Shown in pieces: positions 27,095-35,548 of a DNA stretch of 35,548 nucleotides (its first letter is position 1; each line of letters opens with the position of its first letter). The notes below the pieces were generated by a model. It ran no database searches, was not told the DNA's origin, and saw nothing but the letters and a program-made list of their open reading frames with translations. Location: IMG/VR virus record IMGVR_UViG_646564533_000012; one strand, given 5' to 3'. The translations under genes were made by a program, and so were the position numbers. The stretch is from a virus. Its lineage: Duplodnaviria > Heunggongvirae > Uroviricota > Caudoviricetes.

Positions 27095-27589
27095 TCAAAA
27101 CAGCCCTTTAACGGAGCTGGCCGCGCTGTTAAGGGATGATGTGACCTTGTCTTTGAAGCCGGACAGCATATCACTGAACGATGAGGATTGCAGGCGCTCC
27201 CGCAAATCCTCATCACAGCGTTCAAGAGTCAGTGAAAATTCTATCTTTTTCGCCTTACCGTAGCGATCAAACTCGGAGCGGGTCGTATTCGTTCCGGTCA
27301 GGACATACATGCCGTAAATCTGCCCGACACCATCAATCAGAGGCCAGGGGCGTCCTGTATATGCCTGCGTGGTCAGCAACGAAAGCGACACTTCGCCACC
27401 TGTAATTTCAGGATAAAGCACGCCGGAAAGCACGATGCGATCATCACCTGCACCGATATACTGCCAGCTTGCTGAACGGTTAACACGTTCATTTTTCACA
27501 TGCCGCCAGCTTTTGTTTTGCTGTAACTGCTGATGCGGCAGTGTGCGCAGCTCAAAAACAAACATGCCGTAGATCATCATCATGACCAT
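27095..27589 (-). CDS. U: tail protein U
   Basis: 164 aa; conserved LSGVLYPEITGG and WPLIDG.G.IYGMYV as in P2 gpU. Confidence 0.85.
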   Translation of the reverse strand: MVMMMIYGMFVFELRTLPHQQLQQNKSWRHVKNERVNRSASWQYIGAGDDRIVLSGVLYPEITGGEVSLSLLTTQAYTGRPWPLIDGVGQIYGMYVLTGTNTTRSEFDRYGKAKKIEFSLTLERCDEDLRERLQSSSFSDMLSGFKDKVTSSLNSAASSVKGLF

Positions 27590-27595
27590 GACTCC

Positions 27596-30412
27596 TCAAT
27601 CTTTATCGTAAAAACTGCCACGTCCGGCACGGGCGCGCCGTTCCATCTCTGCCCTGACCATTTCACCGACCAGTTTCGCCAGTTCGCGGGGATTCTGCGT
27701 AACAACGTTATGCAGATGAACATGAATTTCACCGCCAAATCCGGAGGCAACAGGCTCCCGGTTACGGGAAGTTACAGGAACTGATGCCACTGGAGATCGT
27801 ATGGCCTCCGCCACCGGGCGGGAGCTGGCCGCAACAACAGGGACCAGCGCCGGAGGCAGCGGAGCCGGGACCACGGGTGTGATATTAATTGCGGGGGCAG
27901 GCTTACTGACCTGCGCAATCTTCCGCTCCTGCCACTCCCCACGAACAGCAAGTGCGCGGGGCAGGTTCTTAAAGACAATATCGCCGGGGCCAATGCGTTT
28001 TTTCGTCTCATCAACCAGCTTACCTGTGTTATCAGCAATTTTGCTGAGTCTGCGTAGCGTCCCGGTATTGCTGTCTGTGAGCGGTTTGTTGTCTTTGGGT
28101 TTATCACCTCCGGTGCCATTGCCATTTTCCACAGGCTTCGGCGGATTGATTTTCGCAAGGTCCCCCTGAAGCAAGGCAACCTTGTCCTGAAGAATGGCCG
28201 CACGCTGTGCGTCTTCGATTTTCTTGCGCGCCCTTTCCGCTTCATCCGGAAGGACGCCAAGTTTTTCAAGTATCCACGCCAGCGTATCCAGTAGCATTTT
28301 TGCAGGTGTCAGAACAAGCTGTAACGCACCGCCAAGAACGTTACCGAATATCTCGCCAGCACTGGTACATTTATCCAGCGTTTCCTTGCTGGACTCCATC
28401 GGTGACAGCAGCGATTTAAACCAGTTAAACACCTGGCTGATCCCGCTTCCGATTGCGTCAAAAACAGGACCAAACCGTTCAAAGGTTTCGCGCAACGGGG
28501 TCAGCCTTTCCATAATCCCGCTGAACACCCCGGCAAAAAATGCCCTGATGGGATCCCAGTATTTCCAGATAAGAACGGCAGCTCCGGCAAGCGCAGCCAC
28601 GATAAGACCAACCGGACTGAACAGCGCCCCGATAGCGCCTCCCAGTAAAGAAACGGAACCCGTCACCATTCCCCACAGCGCAGGCAACACCCTGACGACA
28701 TTCATTGACCGGGTAAGAATGTCAAAACCAAGACGCAGGGTGGCCAGCTTCCCGTAAAGCACCCCAATAACCAGCGACAACGAGCCAATCGTTGCAGTCA
28801 TTGCCAGCAACGCACCGCCTGCTATCAGTAGCTGGCGCGTCAGTACCGGATGGGCCTGCGCCAGCGAGGTGATTTTTTCAAGCACCCGCGTGAGCCACTG
28901 CGTGACAGAACGCAGCGGACCGTCAACCAGATCACTGATGCGAATACGAAGACCTTCCCATGCGCTGTCGAGATTTTTCAGGTCCCCATCAAGATTATCG
29001 GCCATTACTTTTGCGACGCGATCGGCCTCTCCCCTTGCCCCCTGCAATTCTCTGGTCAGTTTTTGCAGCTCTCCTGAACCAGCCGCCGCAACAAGCGTCT
29101 GCAAACCAACGAACGCCTCTTCTCCGGCGATGTCCTTGAAGAAGGAAACCTGGTCCACCTGTCCGTATTTTTGTGTCGCCTTATAGAGATCAAGCAGCAC
29201 ATCCTCCATCGGGCGCATTTTGCCTCTGGCGTCAGCAACTGACACCCCCAGCTCTTTCAGTGCATCAGCCGCAGCTTTTGGCGGTGATGCAAGGCGGGAC
29301 AGACTTGCGCGCATGGCCGTACCAGCATCGCTTCCGCGAAGACCATTATTGGCAAGCATCCCGGCCATGGCCGCCGCTTCTTCAAGACTGATACCAAGTT
29401 TTGCGGCAACCGGACCGGTATACTTCATGGTTTCGCCCAGCGCGCGTAAATCAGTATTGGTCCGGGTGAATGCCGCTGTCAGCGTATCGCCAACACGGTC
29501 CATTTGATCGGCTGTCAGGTTGAACTGTGTGAGGATATTGGAGCCTATATCAGCCGTCTCGCCGAGTTCGACGCCACCTGCCAGCGCCATATTAAGAACA
29601 CCGGGCAATGCGGCCTGAATGGCCTGCGGAGTAAAACCAGCCATTGCCAGAAAGCTCTGCCCACTGGCGGCATCACTCGCAGTAAACTGTGTTTCAGAGC
29701 CAAGTTTTAACGCCTGCTCACGCAGCGCCTTAAACTGCGGGCTGTTTTTGTCGATTCGCGTCAGTGCCTGAACGCGGGACATCTCTTTGCCGAACCCGAT
29801 CGCAGGCTGCAAAAAACGCCCGGCAGCATAGCCGCCCGCCGCTGCCGCACCAATTGCCAGCGCACCACCTGTTTTCAGTTTCCCCGCGGTTTCCTGCGCG
29901 CGCGAATACCGCTCACGCGCCCGCGTTACACGCGCAAGCGCCTGCCGTTCGCGTTCAAGCTGGTTGTTGTACTGTTCGGTGCGTCTGATGGCCTGCTGGA
30001 TGGTGTTATCGCTGCCTGTCAGGGAAATGCCGTGTCGTTTCAGTTCTCCGCCAAGTTCCCGCATTTTCTGAATTTCCCGTGTGCGCGATTCATTCAGGCG
30101 TTCAAGCCGGGTGCTTAACTGCTGCATCAGCTTTTGTTGTTTTTCGCTGAGCACTGTACCCGTGCGTTGTAACTGATTAAGGGCGTTAAGCTGGCGTCGT
30201 GCTTTCACGATGCCCGCATCCGCTTTACTGACAGCGTCACGGGCGCGCTCAAATGAACGCGCCTGACGCTCGAGATTTTTGATCGCCCCCTGCGTTCGCT
30301 GGATGGAGTCACCAAACTGCCCCATCAGGCGGCGGGCGTTTTCGGCAGGCCGGGTCAGCCTGTCAACGGCGCTGAAAGCGACCCGGATATCAAGAGTCTT
30401 CATTGTCTGCAT
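27596..30412 (-). CDS. T: tail tape measure protein T
   Basis: About 940 aa, helical N-terminal half and Gly/Ala-rich hydrophobic core typical of tape measure proteins; start trimmed to MQTMKTL after the E' stop. Confidence 0.9.
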   Translation of the reverse strand: MQTMKTLDIRVAFSAVDRLTRPAENARRLMGQFGDSIQRTQGAIKNLERQARSFERARDAVSKADAGIVKARRQLNALNQLQRTGTVLSEKQQKLMQQLSTRLERLNESRTREIQKMRELGGELKRHGISLTGSDNTIQQAIRRTEQYNNQLERERQALARVTRARERYSRAQETAGKLKTGGALAIGAAAAGGYAAGRFLQPAIGFGKEMSRVQALTRIDKNSPQFKALREQALKLGSETQFTASDAASGQSFLAMAGFTPQAIQAALPGVLNMALAGGVELGETADIGSNILTQFNLTADQMDRVGDTLTAAFTRTNTDLRALGETMKYTGPVAAKLGISLEEAAAMAGMLANNGLRGSDAGTAMRASLSRLASPPKAAADALKELGVSVADARGKMRPMEDVLLDLYKATQKYGQVDQVSFFKDIAGEEAFVGLQTLVAAAGSGELQKLTRELQGARGEADRVAKVMADNLDGDLKNLDSAWEGLRIRISDLVDGPLRSVTQWLTRVLEKITSLAQAHPVLTRQLLIAGGALLAMTATIGSLSLVIGVLYGKLATLRLGFDILTRSMNVVRVLPALWGMVTGSVSLLGGAIGALFSPVGLIVAALAGAAVLIWKYWDPIRAFFAGVFSGIMERLTPLRETFERFGPVFDAIGSGISQVFNWFKSLLSPMESSKETLDKCTSAGEIFGNVLGGALQLVLTPAKMLLDTLAWILEKLGVLPDEAERARKKIEDAQRAAILQDKVALLQGDLAKINPPKPVENGNGTGGDKPKDNKPLTDSNTGTLRRLSKIADNTGKLVDETKKRIGPGDIVFKNLPRALAVRGEWQERKIAQVSKPAPAINITPVVPAPLPPALVPVVAASSRPVAEAIRSPVASVPVTSRNREPVASGFGGEIHVHLHNVVTQNPRELAKLVGEMVRAEMERRARAGRGSFYDKD

Positions 30413-30928
30413 TCCCGCTGCGAAGTGCCGCCCGCTCACGCCAGCTAACCACTTCGCCGGGCGTCATCATGAAGATTTCGGCGGGCGACCAGTTAAAAAT
30501 GGCGGCGATATCTGCCACCAGATCTTCGATGTGCTCAAAGCACACCAGGGTGATTACGCTGCCGTCTCCTGCACGCTCTTCGCGCCAGAGTCTGGCTCGC
30601 TCATAAAATTTACAGCCACAGCGCACAACTGAATAAAATCGCGTGACGACATTTTTTTAATCATCACTTCATCCAGTCGTGGCGAGGTCACGCGAGGCAA
30701 CAGCGTGAACATGGTATCCGCTTTCAGATTCAGCACATCAGACAGCGACAGACCACGCAGGGATCCAGCCTGTTCAATAGCCCCGGTGATCTCCACATAC
30801 GTGATTTTTTCGCCACCACGCTCAATTGGTCGGGTCAGTTTTACGCCACGTTCGACAGCCATATCCTCACCTGCCGTCACATCATCCGCCACGGTGTTAT
30901 TCCGGGTTTCAGTATCGATGTCTTTCAT
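30390..30928 (-). CDS. tail assembly chaperone E+E' (-1 programmed frameshift product)
   Basis: Seven-A run at approx 30653..30659 on the coding strand (ATT AAA AAA ATG); the -1 frame continues as the 30390..30626 track ORF; analogous to P2 E/E+E' and lambda G/GT. Confidence 0.65.
30554..30928 (-). CDS. E: tail assembly chaperone E
   Basis: 124-aa ORF between FII and T; contains the A7 slippery run. Confidence 0.8.
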   Translation of the reverse strand: MKDIDTETRNNTVADDVTAGEDMAVERGVKLTRPIERGGEKITYVEITGAIEQAGSLRGLSLSDVLNLKADTMFTLLPRVTSPRLDEVMIKKMSSRDFIQLCAVAVNFMSEPDSGAKSVQETAA

Positions 30929-30983
30929 CAGTTGTCTCCTTTTCAGTCAGAGGCGACGCACTGCGCCGCCTGCATATTACTTA

Positions 30984-31496
30984 TCAGCCAAGCCCAAGCG
31001 CGGAACGGATACGGTCAGGCACAATGTCCTTGCCGTCCTTCCGGTAAATGAAGTTCAGCAGGTCAATCTCCCACAGCGGGCGATCGTTAACGCTCAGCTT
31101 GTAGTAGGTGTTTTTAATGGCGTAAGAGTGTGATGTGGCTTCGCCCTGTTTGGCTTCCCCCATATCAATTTCCGTCACACGTCCGCGCATTTCGACTTCA
31201 TACAGGTCGCTTTCTGCATCGGTGTAGTATTCACCCGCAAAACGCAGCAGCGTGCCGTCAATCGTGCCGCCATACTTAAGGAACAGCTCACGAACTGCGC
31301 CCCCCATGACAAAGCTCGCATCAAGCGCGGAGTCGTCCAGACCGAGATCAATACTTACCGCACCCATCATGCCACCACCCCGGTAGCTGTCGGTTTTGCG
31401 CGTCAGCTTAGGCAGAGTGACGGACGTCACCTTACCCACTTCGTTTTCACCATCCACAAACAGCGTAAAAAAGCGAAGATGTTTTGGCACAGCCAT
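30984..31496 (-). CDS. FII: tail tube protein FII
   Basis: 170 aa, size and position as P2 FII. Confidence 0.9.
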   Translation of the reverse strand: MAVPKHLRFFTLFVDGENEVGKVTSVTLPKLTRKTDSYRGGGMMGAVSIDLGLDDSALDASFVMGGAVRELFLKYGGTIDGTLLRFAGEYYTDAESDLYEVEMRGRVTEIDMGEAKQGEATSHSYAIKNTYYKLSVNDRPLWEIDLLNFIYRKDGKDIVPDRIRSALGLG

Positions 31497-32680
31497 CAGG
31501 CACCTCCCAGCACCGCAAATGCGGGTTCAAAGTATTCATCAGTAAACGTCTGGTAAAGCTCCATATCTTCCAGCGGGGGAACAGGCGTATATTTGTAGCG
31601 AATACGCACACGCCCCTGACGTAAATCCGTGGTGCTGTTATCCACCACGTCATACCAGCACTCCGCGCCAATCAGTTTCCCGGCAGTAACCAGTGAATCC
31701 AGTTTTGCCCTGATGGCACTGATAACATCCTTCACGTTCGCAGGCGTCAGTGGACTGTCGATGGTTTCAAACTGCGCTTCCGCAATTGAATCAGCCAACA
31801 CCTGTGCGGTTCGGGTATACACCTCAAAGATGTAGGCGTTCGTTTCCGGTGTGCGGTTGCCCCAGAAGCGGAACCCGTTGCGACGAATAATGGTCGTGAT
31901 TTCTTTGTTGTTGAGGCTGTTGGCATCACTGTCTTCGGCCTGCAACGACCAGAACACATGCCTGGACATCCCCAGCACATTTTTAACCGGAACGTTGGAC
32001 AGCGATTTGTGCCAGCCCTGTTCATGGTCAATGTACGCACGGAGGCCGCACGCATAGGCAGGCGCGGGGAACGTTTCGTTTTTGCCACTTTTGGGGTTGT
32101 AGGCGATGAAGTCCGGCCATAAGAGCATCACCTCACGTTCGTTGAATTTCTGGCGGTAGGTAATCGCCTCAGCCATCGTGTTACAGCCGTGACATGAGGC
32201 ATACACAAACGCGCGCAGTTTACCTGCAATCACGCACAGGGATTTTGTTACAGCCTCCGTGTCCAGCTCCGGCGCGGCCAGAATACGCGGACGGTATCCG
32301 ATGCTTTCATCCTGCTCTGCAACAAGCAGCGCATACATCCCCGTATAGCTGCCGTCATCCTCAGAACCACCGATAACCAGTTGATCCTGCGTCTTTCCGT
32401 CTTCTTCTTTGTGTTCAGCCACGCGAACGACGATCACCTTTGTGCTCACCTGGTCTGCAATGGCCTTAAGCGCACGATAAAGCGTCCCCGTTGTCCCGCA
32501 TTTTCCCAGCACGTCATTGACGCGGATCAGCAGTGTGGGCTTGTTCAGCGGGAACAGCTTCGCGTCCGCATCATCCGCCGTTGCCACGATACCGATAACG
32601 CTGGAATCAACATCGTTAATCGCTGTTACCAGGTCGGTATTTTCCGTAACACGGGCACCATGAAAACGAGTTTCACTCAT
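31496..32680 (-). CDS. FI: tail sheath protein FI
   Basis: 394 aa, size and position as P2 FI. Confidence 0.92.
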   Translation of the reverse strand: MSETRFHGARVTENTDLVTAINDVDSSVIGIVATADDADAKLFPLNKPTLLIRVNDVLGKCGTTGTLYRALKAIADQVSTKVIVVRVAEHKEEDGKTQDQLVIGGSEDDGSYTGMYALLVAEQDESIGYRPRILAAPELDTEAVTKSLCVIAGKLRAFVYASCHGCNTMAEAITYRQKFNEREVMLLWPDFIAYNPKSGKNETFPAPAYACGLRAYIDHEQGWHKSLSNVPVKNVLGMSRHVFWSLQAEDSDANSLNNKEITTIIRRNGFRFWGNRTPETNAYIFEVYTRTAQVLADSIAEAQFETIDSPLTPANVKDVISAIRAKLDSLVTAGKLIGAECWYDVVDNSTTDLRQGRVRIRYKYTPVPPLEDMELYQTFTDEYFEPAFAVLGGA

Positions 32681-32837
32681 AGCTTCAGCCCCTTGTATCC
32701 GTTAAATGATTCGGCAACAATCATCACCCACCACGCGCGTAATCTCACCCCTGCGCCGTTCTCCCGACCCGGCGACAACAAAAAGCAGTAACCCCCTCCG
32801 CACGCACATGCGACCATGCCGCACAGGGAGGGAACAG
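32681..32837. promoter_or_regulatory. divergent promoter region between FI (leftward) and D (rightward)
   Basis: 157-bp gap between two divergent starts; promoters inferred from arrangement only. Confidence 0.3.
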
Positions 32838-33947
32838 ATGACCGACACCACCATGCAATTGCTCAGTCAGGGCACAGACCCCGTGAAAATGCCGGATTTT
32901 GATATTCTTGCGGAGGGTAAAACGCTGTCAGGCGTGGCAGAGCGCCTGATGAGCCTGTCACTGACCGACAACCGGGGATTTGAGGCGGACCAGCTCACCA
33001 TCACGCTGGATGATGCGGATGGTCAGTTGCAGCTACCGCCACGGGGCGCGCGCCTGACGGTTCTCATTGGCTGGAAAGGAGAACCGCTGACAGAAAAAGG
33101 CACTTACATTGTTGATGAAATCGCTCACGAAGGACCGCCGGACAGGCTGACTGTTTCAGCCAGAAGCGCAGATTTTCGGGATGAATTTAACGTTAAACGT
33201 GAGGTGTCCTGGCATGATGTGACCCTTGAGCGTGTGGTATCCGCCATCGCTCATCGGTATGGTCTGAAACCACAAATCAGCGAAATGCTGATGGATATCG
33301 AAATCGACCACGCCGACCAGACCGAAGAAAGCGACATGTCCTTCCTTACGCGCATGGCGGAAATGCTGGGCGCAATCACCACGGTAAAAAGCGGTAATCT
33401 GTTATTCATCATGCCAGGCGGTGGCGTGAACGCACAGGGCCAGCCGTTGCCCTCGTTCGCCATCACGCGCAGCAGTGGCGATCGCCATCAGTTCCGCATT
33501 GCTGACCGCGAAGCGTATACGGGGGTACGCGCTTACTGGCTTGATCTTAATTACGGGAAAAAGAAAAAAGTCAGCGTGAAACGCCGCAAACCGCCAAAAC
33601 CCAAAAAGGAGAAAAGCAGCAGCCGTGAAGGTGATTATATGGAAGGCGCAGAAGGCAATGTGTTTGTGTTACGCAAGACTTATCAGAACGAGCAGGCAGC
33701 AAGACGCGCAGCGGCGGCAAAGTGGCAGCAGCTACAACGCGGAGCCGCAGCGTTCTCCATCACACTGGCACGTGGACGCGCAGAACTCTACCCCGAAATG
33801 CATGGCACGGTAACAGGATTTAAAAGCGAAATTGATAATCAGGACTGGATTATTGCAAAAGCCGAGCACACCATTGATAACAGTGGCTTTACCACGCAGC
33901 TTGAGCTTGAAGCCAAAATCCCGGAATGGATAGCAGAAACAGAGTAA
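32838..33947 (+). CDS. D: tail protein D (late control gene D family)
   Basis: Track ORF 32706..33947 trimmed to the Met behind GGGAGGGAACAG; about 369 aa, size and neighbourhood match P2 gpD. Confidence 0.82.
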   Translation: MTDTTMQLLSQGTDPVKMPDFDILAEGKTLSGVAERLMSLSLTDNRGFEADQLTITLDDADGQLQLPPRGARLTVLIGWKGEPLTEKGTYIVDEIAHEGPPDRLTVSARSADFRDEFNVKREVSWHDVTLERVVSAIAHRYGLKPQISEMLMDIEIDHADQTEESDMSFLTRMAEMLGAITTVKSGNLLFIMPGGGVNAQGQPLPSFAITRSSGDRHQFRIADREAYTGVRAYWLDLNYGKKKKVSVKRRKPPKPKKEKSSSREGDYMEGAEGNVFVLRKTYQNEQAARRAAAAKWQQLQRGAAAFSITLARGRAELYPEMHGTVTGFKSEIDNQDWIIAKAEHTIDNSGFTTQLELEAKIPEWIAETE

Positions 33948-34141
33948 ACAACTTAGATGCATTAGCCCTGACATTTGCTAACGCGCTTACAGCAAGAATC
34001 ATAACCAATCTGACAGCCTACCCGGTGTCAAAATCAGAAGAGCCTTACATTAGAATATGTTAATTTGTAGCAAACAAATTTACACACAAATGATTACTGC
34101 TGAAATAGCCCCCATAAATACCATGTCAAAGGATCCATGTT

Positions 34142-34807
34142 ATGAATATGCAAATTTTTATCGCACCAGCAGCCACAGTTGCTGCAGTCTGCCTTGCTGC
34201 ATATTTTGCTTTACGAAATGAACGTAAAAAGAAAGCACTTGAGATTAGAACAACTCAACTAGATCGAATATCAGAGCTAGTAAACCGAGCATCTACCAAT
34301 TTGATGCAATATACAGGTACTCTTGCCTCTATACTGGAAGCGCACGCCAAAGATAATTATCTACCGAACAAAAAATTTGACATTAATGTAATTAGCAAAT
34401 GGAAAGATTGCCTCGATGAGAGTGAGGTCTGGGCGATTGATAGACAGCAACTAAGAACATGTCAGCACAGTCTGGAGTTTCATCGTGAAAAAGAATGGGC
34501 TGAATGGAAAAAAATAATTCCACCATTACTTGATAAAATTGACCAATTTTTTCTCATATCTAAGCCAGGGCAACCTGTTACGTTTATAAATGGCCAAAAC
34601 AAAACAGCTGATGAACTACTTGTTTTCTCAAGATATTTGAGAAAACAAACAGCAGAAATTGAATCAGTACGTCAGCTGTTACTTTCTCAAATGAGAGAGG
34701 AATTCATCGAGTTAACTAGCTTTGAACCTGTCACAATGTTTAGCTTATTTAAATCAATAAAGAAAAATGTCATGCAATTTTTCTGTATCAGTGCTCTTAA
34801 AAATTGA
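34142..34807 (+). CDS. hypothetical membrane-anchored protein, AT-rich cargo gene
   Basis: 221 aa with N-terminal TM helix IFIAPAATVAAVCLAAYFAL; markedly AT-rich against flanking D and ogr; own AT-rich upstream region and downstream terminator. Confidence 0.6.
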   Translation: MNMQIFIAPAATVAAVCLAAYFALRNERKKKALEIRTTQLDRISELVNRASTNLMQYTGTLASILEAHAKDNYLPNKKFDINVISKWKDCLDESEVWAIDRQQLRTCQHSLEFHREKEWAEWKKIIPPLLDKIDQFFLISKPGQPVTFINGQNKTADELLVFSRYLRKQTAEIESVRQLLLSQMREEFIELTSFEPVTMFSLFKSIKKNVMQFFCISALKN

Positions 34808-34821
34808 CGCTCTGTTGCAAG

Positions 34822-34852
34822 CAACCCCAGTGTTAAACTGGGGTTATTCTTG
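34822..34852 (+). terminator. putative terminator after the cargo gene
   Basis: AACCCCAGT-GTTAA-ACTGGGGTT hairpin followed by ATTCTTG; coordinates approx. Confidence 0.4.
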
Positions 34853-34956
34853 CTAAGAGACCTTTCTACGGCATCAGTAAACAAAACGAACTATCAGTTG
34901 GAGTCTGAGCAAGTTCAGCCTAAACTAGCGACAGCACTACGTTAAGGGAGGTCGCT

Positions 34957-35217
34957 ATGTTCCGTTGTCCGCTTTGTGGCGCATCTGCCCGTATCCGCAC
35001 CAGTCGTCCGGAAAATGATTCAAACACCGTGCGGCAAAAGTATTACCAGTGTAACAACCTGGAATGCGGCGTATGCTTCTCAACACTGGAAGCTTTCCAT
35101 AAATTCACATCGAAACACGCCTCCGGCATCCACTCTTCAGAAGGTATCCCGTGGCATGAGCTGCCAGCTTCACACAGGGGAAACAATCAGATGAGCTTGC
35201 CTTTACCTCAGAATTAA
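34957..35217 (+). CDS. ogr: late transcription activator Ogr/Delta family zinc-finger protein
   Basis: MFRCPLCGASARIRTSR...YYQCNNLECGVCFSTLE matches the P2 Ogr C-X2-C...C-X4-C pattern; AAGGGAGG upstream. Confidence 0.9.
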   Translation: MFRCPLCGASARIRTSRPENDSNTVRQKYYQCNNLECGVCFSTLEAFHKFTSKHASGIHSSEGIPWHELPASHRGNNQMSLPLPQN

Positions 35218-35277
35218 CAGGCAGAATTGCCGGAGTAACAAAAAAGCGATAGATTACGCGCGGGTGCCTTTCGGCTG

Positions 35278-35490
35278 ATGGTCGGAGGGAATACCCGAAG
35301 GCCAGATGTGGAAAGGCCCCGGAAAACATCTCTGTTTAACCGAGGCCCTAACCGCATTACCTTGACAAGTGAAAGGTTAGCGCCTCTCCGGAAAAGGAGC
35401 AAGTGCTATGTCGCAAAAATCGCTTACGGCCATCACGTTCTGCGTGACGGCAATCCTCATCATCTGGATGTTGCACGGTTCGCTGTGTGA
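35278..35490 (+). CDS. mok-like overlapping reading frame of the hok locus
   Basis: 70-aa ORF starting upstream of and overlapping the hok-like frame, as in hok/mok/sok loci. Confidence 0.35.
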   Translation: MVGGNTRRPDVERPRKTSLFNRGPNRITLTSERLAPLRKRSKCYVAKIAYGHHVLRDGNPHHLDVARFAV

Positions 35491-35548
35491 AATACGGATG
35501 AGCTTCTGGGGAGCGGAGTTTGCGGCGTTCTTACAGTGTAAGCAGTAA
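35408..35548 (+). CDS. hok: Hok/Gef-family type I toxin (46 aa)
   Basis: MSQKSLTAITFCVTAILIIWMLHGSLCEIRMSFWGAEFAAFLQCKQ: one TM helix then the SLCEIR...AAF signature of Hok/Gef toxins; below the track cut-off; stop is the last codon of the window. Confidence 0.6.
   Translation: MSQKSLTAITFCVTAILIIWMLHGSLCEIRMSFWGAEFAAFLQCKQ

Noticed and set aside
27772-28757. Antisense and alternative-frame ORFs inside tape measure gene T
   Set aside because: Embedded in the tape measure coding region; Ser/Pro/Arg-rich low-complexity translations.
1-35548. tRNA, rRNA or CRISPR array and recognisable attL/attR direct repeats
   Set aside because: No cloverleaf-like segment or spacer-repeat array seen, and no convincing direct repeat between the 200 bp beyond int and the region beyond ogr; boundaries need flanking sequence or an empty-site comparison.

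Overview
The window is a near-complete P2-like (Peduovirus-type) temperate phage genome of about 35 kb, probably a prophage from an Enterobacterales host; the host and the integration state are inferred, not shown. All calls below come from reading the six-frame ORF track and the sequence by eye, with no database search. Layout, left to right: an AT-rich cargo gene coupled to int; integrase; C-type repressor with a palindromic operator; a Cox-position gene and a chain of about ten small translationally coupled early ORFs; rolling-circle replication protein A; an accessory island with an R1-plasmid-like ParM/ParR partition pair, a ClpX zinc-finger-like small protein and one more small ORF; a putative cos region; Q and P (leftward); O-N-M-L capsid and packaging genes; the lysis cassette; R, S and baseplate genes V-W-J-I; tail fiber H followed by a five-site invertible region with five alternative C-terminal cassettes, one tail-fiber assembly gene and a Hin/Gin-family invertase; the FI-FII-E/E'-T-U tail operon in inverted orientation relative to canonical P2; D; an AT-rich membrane-protein cargo gene; ogr; and a hok/mok-like type I toxin locus at the right edge. 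The most interesting candidates are the plasmid-type maintenance genes (parMR plus hok/mok) inside a phage, the ClpX zinc-finger mimic, the two AT-rich cargo genes, and the anomalous tail-fiber inversion locus. No tRNA, rRNA or CRISPR array was seen. Coordinates taken from the ORF track are reliable; coordinates marked approx were read by eye.
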